Source: an uncultured bacterium (lineage in GTDB: Bacteria > Patescibacteriota > JACMRA01). From it: a stretch of 64,000 nucleotides of DNA. The position numbers and the translations under genes are program-made. Under the pieces are notes generated by a model. It ran no database searches. It was given only the letters and a program-made list of their open reading frames with translations, and had not been told where the DNA came from. This document shows, piece by piece, positions 19,579 through 29,384 of the stretch (its first letter is position 1; every line of letters starts with the position of its first letter). The stretch is from positions 32,001 to 96,000 of the forward strand of contig CAWAQU010000003.1 in assembly GCA_963784355.1 (NCBI GenBank). Reading direction: 5' to 3'.

Positions 19579-19734
19579 ATGTCAAAAAACTTTTATATCA
19601 TAAATGAAGGACTCGAGATAATCAAATCATTTAGATTAATCTACTGGGTTTTGATAATCGTTATTGCTGCTATTTTAGCCCTTTTGTTTTCCCCAGATGG
19701 ATATTTCAACATTTATAAACTATTTACTAATTAA
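19579..19734 (+). CDS. 51-aa single-TM protein (not in ORF track)
   Basis: Manual translation MSKNFYIINEGLEIIKSFRLIYWVLIIVIAAILALLFSPDGYFNIYKLFTN; paralog begins at 63 (minus). Confidence 0.65.
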   Translation: MSKNFYIINEGLEIIKSFRLIYWVLIIVIAAILALLFSPDGYFNIYKLFTN

Positions 19735-19738
19735 ACGC

Positions 19739-19966
19739 ATGCCTAAGTATTACAAATATACTTCTTTATTTGGACAATCTGTAAAACTATTAAGGTTACA
19801 GCAAAACCTGACTCAGGCTGATTTAGCAAATAGAATGGGTACTAATCGCAATTATATAGTAGCAGTTGAAAAAGGGAAAGGTAACCCCACCCTTACAAAA
19901 ATTATAGATTTTGCATATGCTTTAGAAATTAGAACTTTAATTCTGCTTAGTTTTTTAGATGATTGA
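19739..19966 (+). CDS. XRE/HTH_3 family transcriptional regulator
   Basis: FGQSVKLLRLQQNLTQADLANRMGTNRNYIVAVEKGKGNPTL; probable start MPKYY at 19739. Confidence 0.88.
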   Translation: MPKYYKYTSLFGQSVKLLRLQQNLTQADLANRMGTNRNYIVAVEKGKGNPTLTKIIDFAYALEIRTLILLSFLDD

Positions 19967-19988
19967 GGGGCTGTTTTATTTGGTGCTG

Positions 19989-20033
19989 TAGCATTTTGTA
20001 GACTAAGCTTGACATCTATCATTTAAACACGCT
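19989..20033 (+). repeat. 45-bp direct repeat, copy 1 (copy 2 at 20515..20559)
   Basis: TAGCATTTTGTAGACTAAGCTTGACATCTATCATTTAAACACGCT; 2 mismatches to the second copy. Confidence 0.9.
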
Positions 20034-20083
20034 TTTTTATGATAATAAGTAGAGTAGAAAATTTTAATCTAAAGTGAATAAAC

Positions 20084-20371
20084 ATGAGCATAAATATAGA
20101 CAATTTACCTAATTTATCTAAAGACCAACAACAATATTTGATTGAAGTTATAGAGAGGACAAAGAATATTAAAAGAGATGCTGGCGAGGAGGAAAATAAA
20201 GACTTTATTAAAAATCAGGTTCAAAATCTAACAGATGAGGAGCAGTTAGTTATATTGAATAAGTTTTCGGAAAAATATCCTGAATTTGAAATATTTAGAG
20301 ACAGATTCTTGGAGTCAAAAACTTCCGGTAGAATTTCCTTTATACTTAACATATTATCCAGCTTTTTATAA
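20084..20371 (+). CDS. 95-aa hypothetical protein, paralog of 3964..4251
   Basis: Direct protein alignment by eye. Confidence 0.8.
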   Translation: MSINIDNLPNLSKDQQQYLIEVIERTKNIKRDAGEEENKDFIKNQVQNLTDEEQLVILNKFSEKYPEFEIFRDRFLESKTSGRISFILNILSSFL

Positions 20372-20514
20372 GAAACAGCAAAAACAAAATAGGTTTTTTG
20401 AAGTTCAAAATAAAATTAGTAATGCCATGATCAACCGCCTGCTGTACCAATGTTTCACTATCTTGTTGGAAGTTAATTTTAGATAATAGTCAGTAGATTT
20501 TTGCTACATATAAA

Positions 20515-20559
20515 TAGCATTTTGTAGACTAAACTTGACAGCTATCATTTAAACACGCT
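20515..20559 (+). repeat. 45-bp direct repeat, copy 2
   Basis: TAGCATTTTGTAGACTAAACTTGACAGCTATCATTTAAACACGCT. Confidence 0.9.
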
Positions 20560-20583
20560 CTCTTTGCATACTAAAATATACTT

Positions 20584-20991
20584 ATGTCTACTAATGTTTT
20601 TATTAATTTACCCGTAAAAGATTTGGATAAATCTATTGAATTTTTTACTAAATTAGGTTTTCAATTCAACCCTCAATTTACTGACAAAAATGCCACTTGC
20701 ATGATTATCAGTGACAAATGTTTTGTAATGCTTTTAGTAGAAGATTTTTTCAGCACTTTTACCAATAAGCAAATCATTGATGCTACAAAAAATATTGAGG
20801 TAATTAACTCTCTGTCTTTTGAGAGTAAGGAAAAGGTGGATGAAATAGCAGAAAAAGCCATTGCAGCCGGTGCAATTATTCCAAAAGAGGCTGATGATAA
20901 AGGTTTTATGTACCAGAGAAGTTTCTTGGATTTGGACGGACACTTATGGGAAGTCTTTTACATGGACCCTAGTGCAATAAATAGCCAGTAG
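20584..20991 (+). CDS. VOC/glyoxalase family protein
   Basis: FINLPVKDLDKSIEFFTKLGF ... GFMYQRSFLDLDGHLWEV. Confidence 0.9.
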   Translation: MSTNVFINLPVKDLDKSIEFFTKLGFQFNPQFTDKNATCMIISDKCFVMLLVEDFFSTFTNKQIIDATKNIEVINSLSFESKEKVDEIAEKAIAAGAIIPKEADDKGFMYQRSFLDLDGHLWEVFYMDPSAINSQ

Positions 20992-21016
20992 TATTTCTAG
21001 TAATTAGAGATGAATT

Positions 21017-21043
21017 AGAGCAGTTTCTGACTGTTCTTTTTTT
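21017..21043 (+). terminator. Intrinsic terminator after the VOC gene
   Basis: AGAGCAGT-TTCTG-ACTGTTCT followed by a T-run. Confidence 0.6.
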
Positions 21044-21207
21044 ATGTTTTAAAGTTGGCAAATGTAAAATTTCCTGTAGATCTATAAATTTGGAGATTAC
21101 TATGATTATTTTATGTCCTTGATTGAAAGTATGATGCTCCCTCCGCTTCGTAGGACCCCTAAGATATTAACAATCTCAGGCCTAGTGACAAAATCCTCAC
21201 TACCAAA

Positions 21208-21230
21208 GAAAAACACCCCTAAAAGGGGCA
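21208..21230 (-). terminator. Probable terminator of tRNA-Asn
   Basis: Minus strand GCCCCT-TTT-AGGGGT followed by GTTTTTCTTT. Confidence 0.55.
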
Positions 21231-21284
21231 AAGCTACAAGCTTTTTGAAAATTTTTATTTATGTATAACGCATGTTGTATTACA

Positions 21285-21360
<76 letters not shown>

Positions 21361-21417
21361 ACAGTACTAATATTAAACTGAATATTTTTATTTTAGTCAA
21401 GATTATTTTTTGATGAG

Positions 21418-21828
21418 TTAAGCAGACAGTTTTAACGAGTTGAGGTTTTTTCTAAAAACTAAGCTAGGGTTTACTTTCACCACTACTTTACCCCAGGTTT
21501 TATAAGCATAATACAATATTATTAGACTTAAACCAAAAGTAATTACCCTAAATAAATTAGTATATTCTCCAAACATTCCACCCCAAAAACTATTATCCTC
21601 CAAATCTATTCCACCGGCTTTAGTTGCAAGATAATTATTTAGAGTCGTGACAGGGCAACCATTAAAAATTGACTGAAGCACACCCACGGTGCCAATAAAA
21701 ATTGCAGAGTAAGAAGTGTGTTTATAAATAAAAAACCTCACTAGCGAAATCGTAAATAAAATAAAAATCGTGTAGTGCAATATAATCGAGCAGCTATATA
21801 AAATATAGTAAATTGTATTGAAAATCAT
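21418..21828 (-). CDS. Membrane protein (DUF2784-like)
   Basis: Three hydrophobic segments, conserved-looking H in TM1 and GCPVT motif. Confidence 0.55.
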   Translation of the reverse strand: MIFNTIYYILYSCSIILHYTIFILFTISLVRFFIYKHTSYSAIFIGTVGVLQSIFNGCPVTTLNNYLATKAGGIDLEDNSFWGGMFGEYTNLFRVITFGLSLIILYYAYKTWGKVVVKVNPSLVFRKNLNSLKLSA

Positions 21829-21978
21829 AGTGGACTTTCATTAACAAATATTTCATTACTTGACAAGATTAAAAAAAATATCCTTAGTGGGCCACCTGGA
21901 TTGCTTTGACAAATTTGGCGCCAAAGAAAAAAGAGCAGAAGGGCTTATATATTTTCAAATATTATTGAATAAATTATT

Positions 21979-22113
21979 ATGTCTAACCTAGCTTTGGTAG
22001 CACGAATGGATGTGCTCAACACTAACTTAACTCCAGCTCTTTTTGCATTAACTTCATTTGCAGTACTCGCAGCAGCAGTGTACACACAAGTGAAACTTAA
22101 CTCAGAAAAGTAA
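21979..22113 (+). CDS. 44-aa small single-TM protein (not in ORF track)
   Basis: MSNLALVARMDVLNTNLTPALFALTSFAVLAAAVYTQVKLNSEK; upstream TTGACA at ~21860 and a downstream terminator. Confidence 0.55.
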   Translation: MSNLALVARMDVLNTNLTPALFALTSFAVLAAAVYTQVKLNSEK

Positions 22114-22140
22114 TTAAGTTTATCACAATTACTAATAAAA

Positions 22141-22166
22141 GGCCGCCTGTAAAAGGGCGGTTATTT
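22141..22166. terminator. Intrinsic (possibly bidirectional) terminator
   Basis: GGCCGCCT-GTAAAA-GGGCGGTT hairpin flanked by A- and T-runs, between convergent genes. Confidence 0.7.
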
Positions 22167-22191
22167 TGTGCAATAAAAAAGATTGATTTGA

Positions 22192-22602
22192 TTATATCTT
22201 GTATGCAGACTCCTGAGATTCAAAATACCCTTTATCACTTGGCATAGTTTGTTTGCTAGTGGAAGGTTGTGGCTGTTTTTTAGTTACACTTGGTTGGGTT
22301 GTAACTGTAGGAGTAACAGTTATATTTTGAGATGAGGAAGTATCTGGGGTTGATTTAGTTGTAGTTGCTTTTGATTCTTCAGGTTGCTTTTGATTATTCT
22401 GACTATCGTCGGTAGGATTTTCTTGTAGATAGACACTAACTTCTTTATTTTGTGGACTTATTGAATTAGTTTGAGTTATGGTTGTTTTTGTCCTAGATTC
22501 AAAAATACGTGGTAAAAGAAATGTATTCAAAAACCAGAAAAATATTATGAGAATTATTATACCACCACCAACGGCGATTAAAATTTTTAAAGTCTTATTC
22601 AT
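22192..22602 (-). CDS. Membrane-anchored Ser/Thr/Gln-rich hypothetical protein
   Basis: N-terminal TM followed by a low-complexity T/S/Q/P tail; probable start MNKTLK. Confidence 0.7.
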   Translation of the reverse strand: MNKTLKILIAVGGGIIILIIFFWFLNTFLLPRIFESRTKTTITQTNSISPQNKEVSVYLQENPTDDSQNNQKQPEESKATTTKSTPDTSSSQNITVTPTVTTQPSVTKKQPQPSTSKQTMPSDKGYFESQESAYKI

Positions 22603-22707
22603 AAAAAGTAGCAAGTTATTTTATAAAGCAATTTTCCTACATTATTAGACAGGTATTGTCAAATTGTAATATTTCAATTAGCATATTTTTAAATTAAATA
22701 TATTTAA

Positions 22708-23304
22708 ATGTCCAATAAAAGTAGCAAGTTTTTAGTTATTGATACAGAAACCACGGGATTGAGTCCAACAAAACATGGTTTGATCCAAATTGCGGCCCTC
22801 GCACTGGATGTAAAATTGAATATTAAAGATACTTTTGTAATGGATATTTGCCCGCCTGATGGGTACGAAGTGAGTGAGGAAGCAATGAAAATAACAGGCT
22901 TTACGCTTGAAAGAATTGAAAAAGGTGCAAGCTATAAAGAGTTTTGTGATAAATTTTCTCAATTTGTTAAAAATAATTTTGATGAGGAGCCTACTGCCAT
23001 CGGGCAATTTTACCCTTTTGACTTTGCTGTGCTAGATAATGTTTTTACTCGCTGTGGTTTTGCTGAAACAATGAGTCGAGATATATTGACCAACAAATTT
23101 ATTGATACAAAAAGTCTAGTTTTGAGCATCAACCTCAAGGCAAGTATGGCAGGCAAAGAAATACCCTTCCCTGTGGCTAGCTTATCGAAGCCTGGGGGGT
23201 TAAAAGATAAATTTGGTATCTATGATAAGTTTCAAGCACATGACGCGCTAGGAGACGTTATGGCTACTAGAGAGGTTTTGATCAATTTGCTCAATTTCAT
23301 CTAA
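22708..23304 (+). CDS. DEDDh 3'-5' exonuclease (DnaQ-like)
   Basis: VIDTETTG, FD, D, HDALGD motifs. Confidence 0.9.
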   Translation: MSNKSSKFLVIDTETTGLSPTKHGLIQIAALALDVKLNIKDTFVMDICPPDGYEVSEEAMKITGFTLERIEKGASYKEFCDKFSQFVKNNFDEEPTAIGQFYPFDFAVLDNVFTRCGFAETMSRDILTNKFIDTKSLVLSINLKASMAGKEIPFPVASLSKPGGLKDKFGIYDKFQAHDALGDVMATREVLINLLNFI

Positions 23305-23889
23305 ATTTTTTAGGACCATTAAATTATCAAGTAACTGTGACTCAGGCAGAACAGTTTGTAACAATTTTTTGGAATGATACCCCCAAGTAGCACCGTAGAT
23401 TTGATTTTTACTTAAAATCTCACTGGCTTCCACTACATCGCCAACCGTGTCAGTAACAAATACAGTATTTTCTTTCTCAAAACCATATTCATTAAAAAGT
23501 AAATGTAGTCCGGCAACTTTAGTATTTGCTTCTTTATCACCAAGAATTACATCAAACATATCCGACTGCGGACCTAGTAGCTTTTTGCACAGTGAGCTAT
23601 AGTTATTTGTTAAGATTGCTTTTTTGCCCGGTAAATCTTTTATTTCTTCAAGGTGCTGAGAAAATATCAGATCAAATTTACCTTTGTCCAAAAACCTTTC
23701 AAAACCGATAGAAGCCCAATTTTTTATAAAGGATTCAATAAAATTTTCCTTGTGATTACTCATCATGTAATTGGTTATCCGCTTTTTTGTGGATTCCTCT
23801 GATCTAAAGGTAGCTTTAGCAAGATATTTTACAAGAGGTGCAAAAGTATTTCCAAGAACCCCGTCGAAATCAAAGACAAAATTGTTCAT
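23248..23889 (-). CDS. HAD-family hydrolase
   Basis: FDFDGVL motif I; FVTDTVGDV; WGYH. Confidence 0.85.
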   Translation of the reverse strand: MNNFVFDFDGVLGNTFAPLVKYLAKATFRSEESTKKRITNYMMSNHKENFIESFIKNWASIGFERFLDKGKFDLIFSQHLEEIKDLPGKKAILTNNYSSLCKKLLGPQSDMFDVILGDKEANTKVAGLHLLFNEYGFEKENTVFVTDTVGDVVEASEILSKNQIYGATWGYHSKKLLQTVLPESQLLDNLMVLKNLDEIEQIDQNLSSSHNVS

Positions 23890-23966
23890 TCACTTAAGCT
23901 TAACTTTTGACACAGATTTTGTAAAGGTCAGTTGACAAGTTTTGGCTTATTTACCATTGTTTTAGT

Positions 23967-26594
23967 ATGTCATCAGAAGATATTTTTAATTCCAATACAG
24001 ATGGGTTGGATTTTGATAATGAAAACACAAATCCTGAATCAAAAGAAAATGATAATGAAGCTGTCAACGAGACTACTATTGTAGAAAGTGGTGGTGTGTT
24101 TACGCTTGAAGATCAGATCGAAGCCAGAGTTTTGGAAGAAGAAATGCAGGACTCATACCTAAAATATGCCATGAGTGTAATCGTTTCTAGAGCACTCCCT
24201 GATGTAAGAGATGGACTCAAACCTGTACACAGACGTATTTTATATACCATGCACAAATTAGGCCTTACTCCCGGTGCAAAATACATGAAATGTGCTAGAG
24301 TTGTAGGAGAAGTACTTGGTAAATACCATCCCCACGGAGACATGTCCGTGTACAATGCCTTGGTACGTTTGGCTCAAGAGTTTAGCATGAGATATCCGCT
24401 TATTGATGGACAAGGAAATTTTGGATCTATTGACGGAGACTCAGCGGCGGCCATGCGTTATACTGAAAGCAAGTTGAATAGACCTGCAGTATTTTTGGTA
24501 GCTGATATTGAAAAAGACACAGTAGATTTTGTAGACAACTACGATGGAAGTCAGAGTGAGCCTTCAGTTTTGCCTACCATTTTACCTAATTTGATTATCA
24601 ATGGACAAACCGGAATTGCCGTAGGTATGGCTACCGAAATACCTCCACATAATTTGGACGAGGTAAGCAAAGCCATTTTACATTTACTGCAACACCCCGA
24701 TACCACTATAGAAGAATTGATGGAGTTTATTCCAGGACCTGATTTACCTACTGGAGGTATAATTTACGGTAAAGCAGATATTCTAAGCGCTTATAAAACA
24801 GGAAGAGGTAAATGTTTGATCAGAGCTAAAACAGAAATCAGTGAAGACAGAATTATTGTCACAGAAATCCCGTACCAGGTAAATAAAGCGGACATGCTTG
24901 TAAAAATTGCCGAGTTTATTAAAGATAAAAGGATTGATGGTATTAAAGATATCCGCGACGAGTCCAACAAAGAAGGTATCCGAATTGTAATTGAAACTAA
25001 ACGTGAAGCTAGTCCTGAAATCGTATTAAACCAACTATATAAACTCAGTGATTTACAGACAAATATTTACTTTAATCTTTTAGCCCTTGTAAACAAAGGT
25101 AGACAGCCAAAACTACTCAATTTAAAAGAGATTTTAGTTGAATTTATCAATCACAGATACGACGTTATTACCAGACGTACAAAATATGATCTCAAGAAAA
25201 CTCAAGATGAATTACACATTTTAGACGGTTTGAAAATTGCTTTGGATTTCATTGATGAAGTAGTAGCTTTAATCCGTAGCTCCGATGATAAAGAAGATGC
25301 AGCTATCAAATTGCAAGAAAGATTTAAGTTGAGCGACAGACAGACAGAAGCAGTACTGCAAATGAGATTGCAAACTTTAACCAGTCTTGATAAAGCAAAA
25401 ATTGAAGTTGAAAGAGAAGCTAAAATAAAGTTGATTGCTGAATTGCAAAATATTTTAGAGCACCAAGAGGTAAAAACTAAGTTGATATCTGATGAAATTC
25501 AGGAAATGACTGCTAAATTTAATTCCCCTAGAAGAACCAAAATTTTCGAGCAGGTAATCACTGAATACAACAAAGAAGATTTTATTGAAAATGAAGAGGT
25601 TTTGGTACAACTTACTAATGAGCAATATATTAAAGTCTTGCCTATCAGTAACTTCAGACAGCAAAATCGAGGTGGACGAGGTGTAACTAGCTTTAACCCT
25701 AAAGAGGAAGATTTAGTAAAAACTAGCATCATCTGTAATGCTCATGACTTTTTCTTTGCCTTCACAAACACAGGTAGAGTATTCAAAATTCGAGTATTTG
25801 ATTTACCAAGTGGCAGTCGGACAAGTAGAGGTCAGGCTTTAGTAAATTATTTAGATCTTAAACCCGGTGAGAAAATTACCAATATTTTAACCCTAACTAA
25901 GGATCAAGAAAAGAGCGACAATGTATATCTAGTCTTCTCTACAAAATTAGGATGTGTTAAAAAGACCAATTTACAAGACTTCGCCAATATCAGAAAAACC
26001 GGTATTATTGCGCTCAGTTTGAAAGAAAATGACCAATTGATGGAAGTAGCCTTCAACGCAAATGAAAATGACAAAATCATACTATCAGCTTCTAACGGTA
26101 AAACTGTAATCTTTGATGCAAGTAGTCTAAATCCTTTGGGAAGAGCTGCTCAAGGTGTCCGTGGAATCAAGTTGAAAAAAGGTGATGAAGTAATTAGTTT
26201 GCAAATTTCCAGCTTTGATTTTGCTCAGGGTGATGAAGAAGGCGATGGAGCATTGATTGAGGACAATTCTACCAAGTCAAAAGCTAAAATATACCCTTCC
26301 CTATTAGTTATTACTGAAAAAGGTTTCGGAAAGCAGTCTCATCTTGGAGAATACAGAAAGACCAGTAGAGCTGCCAGTGGTGTGAAGACCCTCAACATGA
26401 CTAAAAAGACCGGAAAGCCAATCCTAGTTAGAATTTTGGAAGGTAACGAGGAAAACTTAATTGTCACTACAAAAAATGGTGTCACAATACGTATTACACC
26501 AGAAGATATCTCACAACTTGGTAGAAATACTCAAGGAGTCAAAACAATTCGCTTGGATGATAATGATATGGTAGTATCAGGCGGAGTGAGCTAA
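23967..26594 (+). CDS. gyrA: DNA gyrase subunit A
   Basis: [25 protein letters not shown] catalytic Tyr, GyrA-box QNRGGRG, C-terminal pinwheel repeats. Confidence 0.97.
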   Translation: MSSEDIFNSNTDGLDFDNENTNPESKENDNEAVNETTIVESGGVFTLEDQIEARVLEEEMQDSYLKYAMSVIVSRALPDVRDGLKPVHRRILYTMHKLGLTPGAKYMKCARVVGEVLGKYHPHGDMSVYNALVRLAQEFSMRYPLIDGQGNFGSIDGDSAAAMRYTESKLNRPAVFLVADIEKDTVDFVDNYDGSQSEPSVLPTILPNLIINGQTGIAVGMATEIPPHNLDEVSKAILHLLQHPDTTIEELMEFIPGPDLPTGGIIYGKADILSAYKTGRGKCLIRAKTEISEDRIIVTEIPYQVNKADMLVKIAEFIKDKRIDGIKDIRDESNKEGIRIVIETKREASPEIVLNQLYKLSDLQTNIYFNLLALVNKGRQPKLLNLKEILVEFINHRYDVITRRTKYDLKKTQDELHILDGLKIALDFIDEVVALIRSSDDKEDAAIKLQERFKLSDRQTEAVLQMRLQTLTSLDKAKIEVEREAKIKLIAELQNILEHQEVKTKLISDEIQEMTAKFNSPRRTKIFEQVITEYNKEDFIENEEVLVQLTNEQYIKVLPISNFRQQNRGGRGVTSFNPKEEDLVKTSIICNAHDFFFAFTNTGRVFKIRVFDLPSGSRTSRGQALVNYLDLKPGEKITNILTLTKDQEKSDNVYLVFSTKLGCVKKTNLQDFANIRKTGIIALSLKENDQLMEVAFNANENDKIILSASNGKTVIFDASSLNPLGRAAQGVRGIKLKKGDEVISLQISSFDFAQGDEEGDGALIEDNSTKSKAKIYPSLLVITEKGFGKQSHLGEYRKTSRAASGVKTLNMTKKTGKPILVRILEGNEENLIVTTKNGVTIRITPEDISQLGRNTQGVKTIRLDDNDMVVSGGVS

Positions 26595-26702
26595 TAATTG
26601 GTAGTCAAACTAACTAGGTTTCAAAGTCTAATTATAGCACAATTTTTAGGTTTGCACAACAACTTGCTTAATTCCTAACGGAATACTAACAATGAAGCTT
26701 TG

Positions 26703-27095
26703 CTACATCTTTTTAAATTTCATGGCAGACCAAGTATCATCAACGGCAAATTGCCTATTGGCTTTCCAAGCGTAGTTTTCTTGCATAAATTTCCACAAAA
26801 TATCCCTATTTAAATCGGATTTTATGGTACCTGTTTGCTTTGGATAGCTAATCCATAATCGTATTTCAGGAGTTAGAAATTCCTTAATTTTATCCATATA
26901 TTGAATACATTCTGCTTTATCCTTGGCAAAAAAATGGATTGTCTCAGGTTTGGTTTTATTGGCAATATCAGTAATAACGTCGATTTCAGAAGTTACGGGA
27001 TCTAATATTTCTAGGTAATTTTTGGGATTGTTAAGTAGTAGTATATTTGAGCCTGGCTTGAAACCTAGTTTTTTAGCTAGTGGTGATAACGACAT
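26703..27095 (-). CDS. DUF3052-like hypothetical protein
   Basis: LAKKLG, LWISYPK, DLNRD, VDDTWSA motifs. Confidence 0.7.
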   Translation of the reverse strand: MSLSPLAKKLGFKPGSNILLLNNPKNYLEILDPVTSEIDVITDIANKTKPETIHFFAKDKAECIQYMDKIKEFLTPEIRLWISYPKQTGTIKSDLNRDILWKFMQENYAWKANRQFAVDDTWSAMKFKKM

Positions 27096-27126
27096 AGTAA
27101 TTGTGTATTATTAATTTAAATTGATT

Positions 27127-27552
27127 TTAAAAGTTCTTCCACTCAATCATTAATTCATCTCCCTCAGCTATTTTACCACCCAAACTTTCATAAAACTTAA
27201 CAGCCGTTGGATTTGATTTATTAGTAAGTACCCATGGGCATTCTAACCCTTCTTTTTTTGCTAATTCCAAAATATATTTTAACATCATACTACCAACTCC
27301 CTGTCTTCTGTAGTTCTCATCTACCTCTACTTCATAAATAAATAGTTCCGTCACTTTATTCTGAAAAAGCGGCAATCTATAAGCCGACAAAAATCCCACC
27401 GGAGTTTGCTGATCAAGAGCCACAAGTAAATATCCCTGAACTAAAAATTGTTTGAAATGCTCTACAGTAGTTTCAGATTCACATAAAAGTTTACTAGCTT
27501 GATTACAAAGCCCAAAGTCGGTTTCAGTAAGTTGTTTGATAGTTATAGACAT
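27127..27552 (-). CDS. GNAT acetyltransferase
   Basis: YEVEVDENYRRQGVG; N..AVKFYESLGG. Confidence 0.9.
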   Translation of the reverse strand: MSITIKQLTETDFGLCNQASKLLCESETTVEHFKQFLVQGYLLVALDQQTPVGFLSAYRLPLFQNKVTELFIYEVEVDENYRRQGVGSMMLKYILELAKKEGLECPWVLTNKSNPTAVKFYESLGGKIAEGDELMIEWKNF

Positions 27553-27700
27553 GTATTTTACATTTCAGCTTAAAATATACTTTTGAATTTGTTAAATTAG
27601 CTTTTAATATAAGATTGATTCTATAATTTGCAAAGCTTCTGAGTCGTCCCCTTTACATATAAAATTTAAAAATGTACTAGATATTCTATATCAATATGAT

Positions 27701-28261
27701 ATGTCTATATTTATTTCTCTTTTGCGTGGTATAAATTTAGGTAGCAGAAATCGTATCTCTATGCCGGATTTGGCTGCCCTGTATCAAAAACTTGGCTTTG
27801 ATAATGTAAAAACCTATATCCAAAGTGGAAATGTAGTATTTGAAACTGACCAAAAAATGAATTCTAAAGATTTGGAAGTTTTATTGAAGCAAGCAATTTT
27901 AGATAATTTTAACCTTCAAGTACCGGTAATTATTCGTTCATTAGATGAAATTGAGAAAATTTGCAGCCAAAACCCATTTTTAGATAAAGAAGACATGTCT
28001 AAAGATAAATTACACGTAACTTTTTTAGCCGATTTGCCAGAGCTTGTCCACACTGAAGTAGTAAAAAATCTGGACTACAAACCTGATAAATGTATTATTT
28101 TGAACAAAGAGGTTTACCTATATTGTCCCATTAATTACGGGGAAACCAAATTTTCCAACACATTTTTGGAGAAAAAGCTAAAAGTTACAGCGACTACCCG
28201 CAACTGGAGAACAGTAAGTGAATTATATAAATTGGGTTTGGAACTTGGCAAAGAAAACTGA
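27701..28261 (+). CDS. DUF1697 family protein
   Basis: LLRGINLG, TYIQSGNVVF, TTRNWRTV. Confidence 0.9.
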   Translation: MSIFISLLRGINLGSRNRISMPDLAALYQKLGFDNVKTYIQSGNVVFETDQKMNSKDLEVLLKQAILDNFNLQVPVIIRSLDEIEKICSQNPFLDKEDMSKDKLHVTFLADLPELVHTEVVKNLDYKPDKCIILNKEVYLYCPINYGETKFSNTFLEKKLKVTATTRNWRTVSELYKLGLELGKEN

Positions 28262-28262
28262 T

Positions 28263-28925
28263 TTAAAACAACTCCTCGCTACCTGAATCGGTGTTTGCAA
28301 ATTCAGCTGGAATTGGTTCAGGAATCACTAAATCACTTTCCAAAAACTGCTTGATTTTCATAAAATCTGCTTTGATTTGATCTTTTTGTTCAGGAAATCT
28401 GTGGGCATTTGCCGGATGAATCAATGTTAAAACAGGAGCTGCAAAATCTGTAAATAAGGGTACTTCAAAAATTCTTCCTCGTATTTCAGTCAGTTTCGCC
28501 CGAGGTAAAAAATATTCCATGGCATATCTACCCATTGTGACAATCAATTTTGGCCTAACCATAGCAATTTCCATAGGTAAAATCGGATTCCAGTAGGTGA
28601 TTAATTTGACTGGGAGAGGCTGGCCTAACTGCTGGCTATTTTTAACTACATTTGTCAGATAAATATTTTTGCGATTTAGCCCTACCCCAGGTAAAAGCTC
28701 TTGATTAAAAATTTGACTATATGGACCGCTAAAAGGCTCGCCGTTTGCTGCATCATTTGGACCTGCAGCTTCCCCGATAAATAATACTCTACTACTTCCG
28801 TCACCGAGTGGACCTAAAACTTTTGAGTCTTCAGGCAAATTTAACTTGGCTCCCAAATTTCGGATTTCTTGAATAACCTCTTCATAGCTAACTTCTGGCA
28901 TCTGCCCTGCAAATAAAGATGACAT
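28263..28925 (-). CDS. Uracil-DNA glycosylase, family 4-like (divergent)
   Basis: FIGEAAG..D...GEPFSG, YLTNVVK, PKLIVTMGRYA, HPA. Confidence 0.8.
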   Translation of the reverse strand: MSSLFAGQMPEVSYEEVIQEIRNLGAKLNLPEDSKVLGPLGDGSSRVLFIGEAAGPNDAANGEPFSGPYSQIFNQELLPGVGLNRKNIYLTNVVKNSQQLGQPLPVKLITYWNPILPMEIAMVRPKLIVTMGRYAMEYFLPRAKLTEIRGRIFEVPLFTDFAAPVLTLIHPANAHRFPEQKDQIKADFMKIKQFLESDLVIPEPIPAEFANTDSGSEELF

Positions 28926-29111
28926 GATCTAATTTACAAACAGCAGTCCAATTTTGTAAAGATTTTTATAGTTTTATGGATTCTTTTTTAAAAGAATGAA
29001 TTTTAGAGTATTAAATTTTATGACGATTTATTAATTTAAACCATTTTTTCCAAAAGAAAAACCACCCACATCGATCTAGTAAGTAGCTTTCAAAATAAAA
29101 GACTAAATAAA

Positions 29112-29384
29112 CTAGTCGGGAAGGATGATTACGTCGGTAACAACTTTATTTACCCTAACTTTACGCAAAAGAGTTTGACCGGCAACCTGAATTAGATCGC
29201 CTTTTTCAATACTATTAGTAGTTTTGGGCAGGCCTGTTATAACAGCGTACGTCTCAACTAGGTAATAAGACTCTGGAGGATAAATAGCTATCAGCTTTAA
29301 GCCTAAGTCCTCTCCTTTCCTTAGGAGATCTCCATTAGGTAAGAGCTGGTATTTAGTGCCTGTACTGAATGTTATTTCCAACAT
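29112..29384 (-). CDS. Hypothetical protein
   Basis: 90-aa ATG ORF, no recognisable motif. Confidence 0.45.
   Translation of the reverse strand: MLEITFSTGTKYQLLPNGDLLRKGEDLGLKLIAIYPPESYYLVETYAVITGLPKTTNSIEKGDLIQVAGQTLLRKVRVNKVVTDVIILPD

Noticed and set aside
20286-20486. 66-aa ORF overlapping the 95-aa gene
   Set aside because: Alternative-frame overlap with a non-ATG start and no counterpart in copy 1
1-20559. Prophage or ICE
   Set aside because: No integrase, capsid, terminase, relaxase or T4SS genes are recognisable in the window
23967-26594. parC
   Set aside because: A GyrA-box (QNRGGRG) is present
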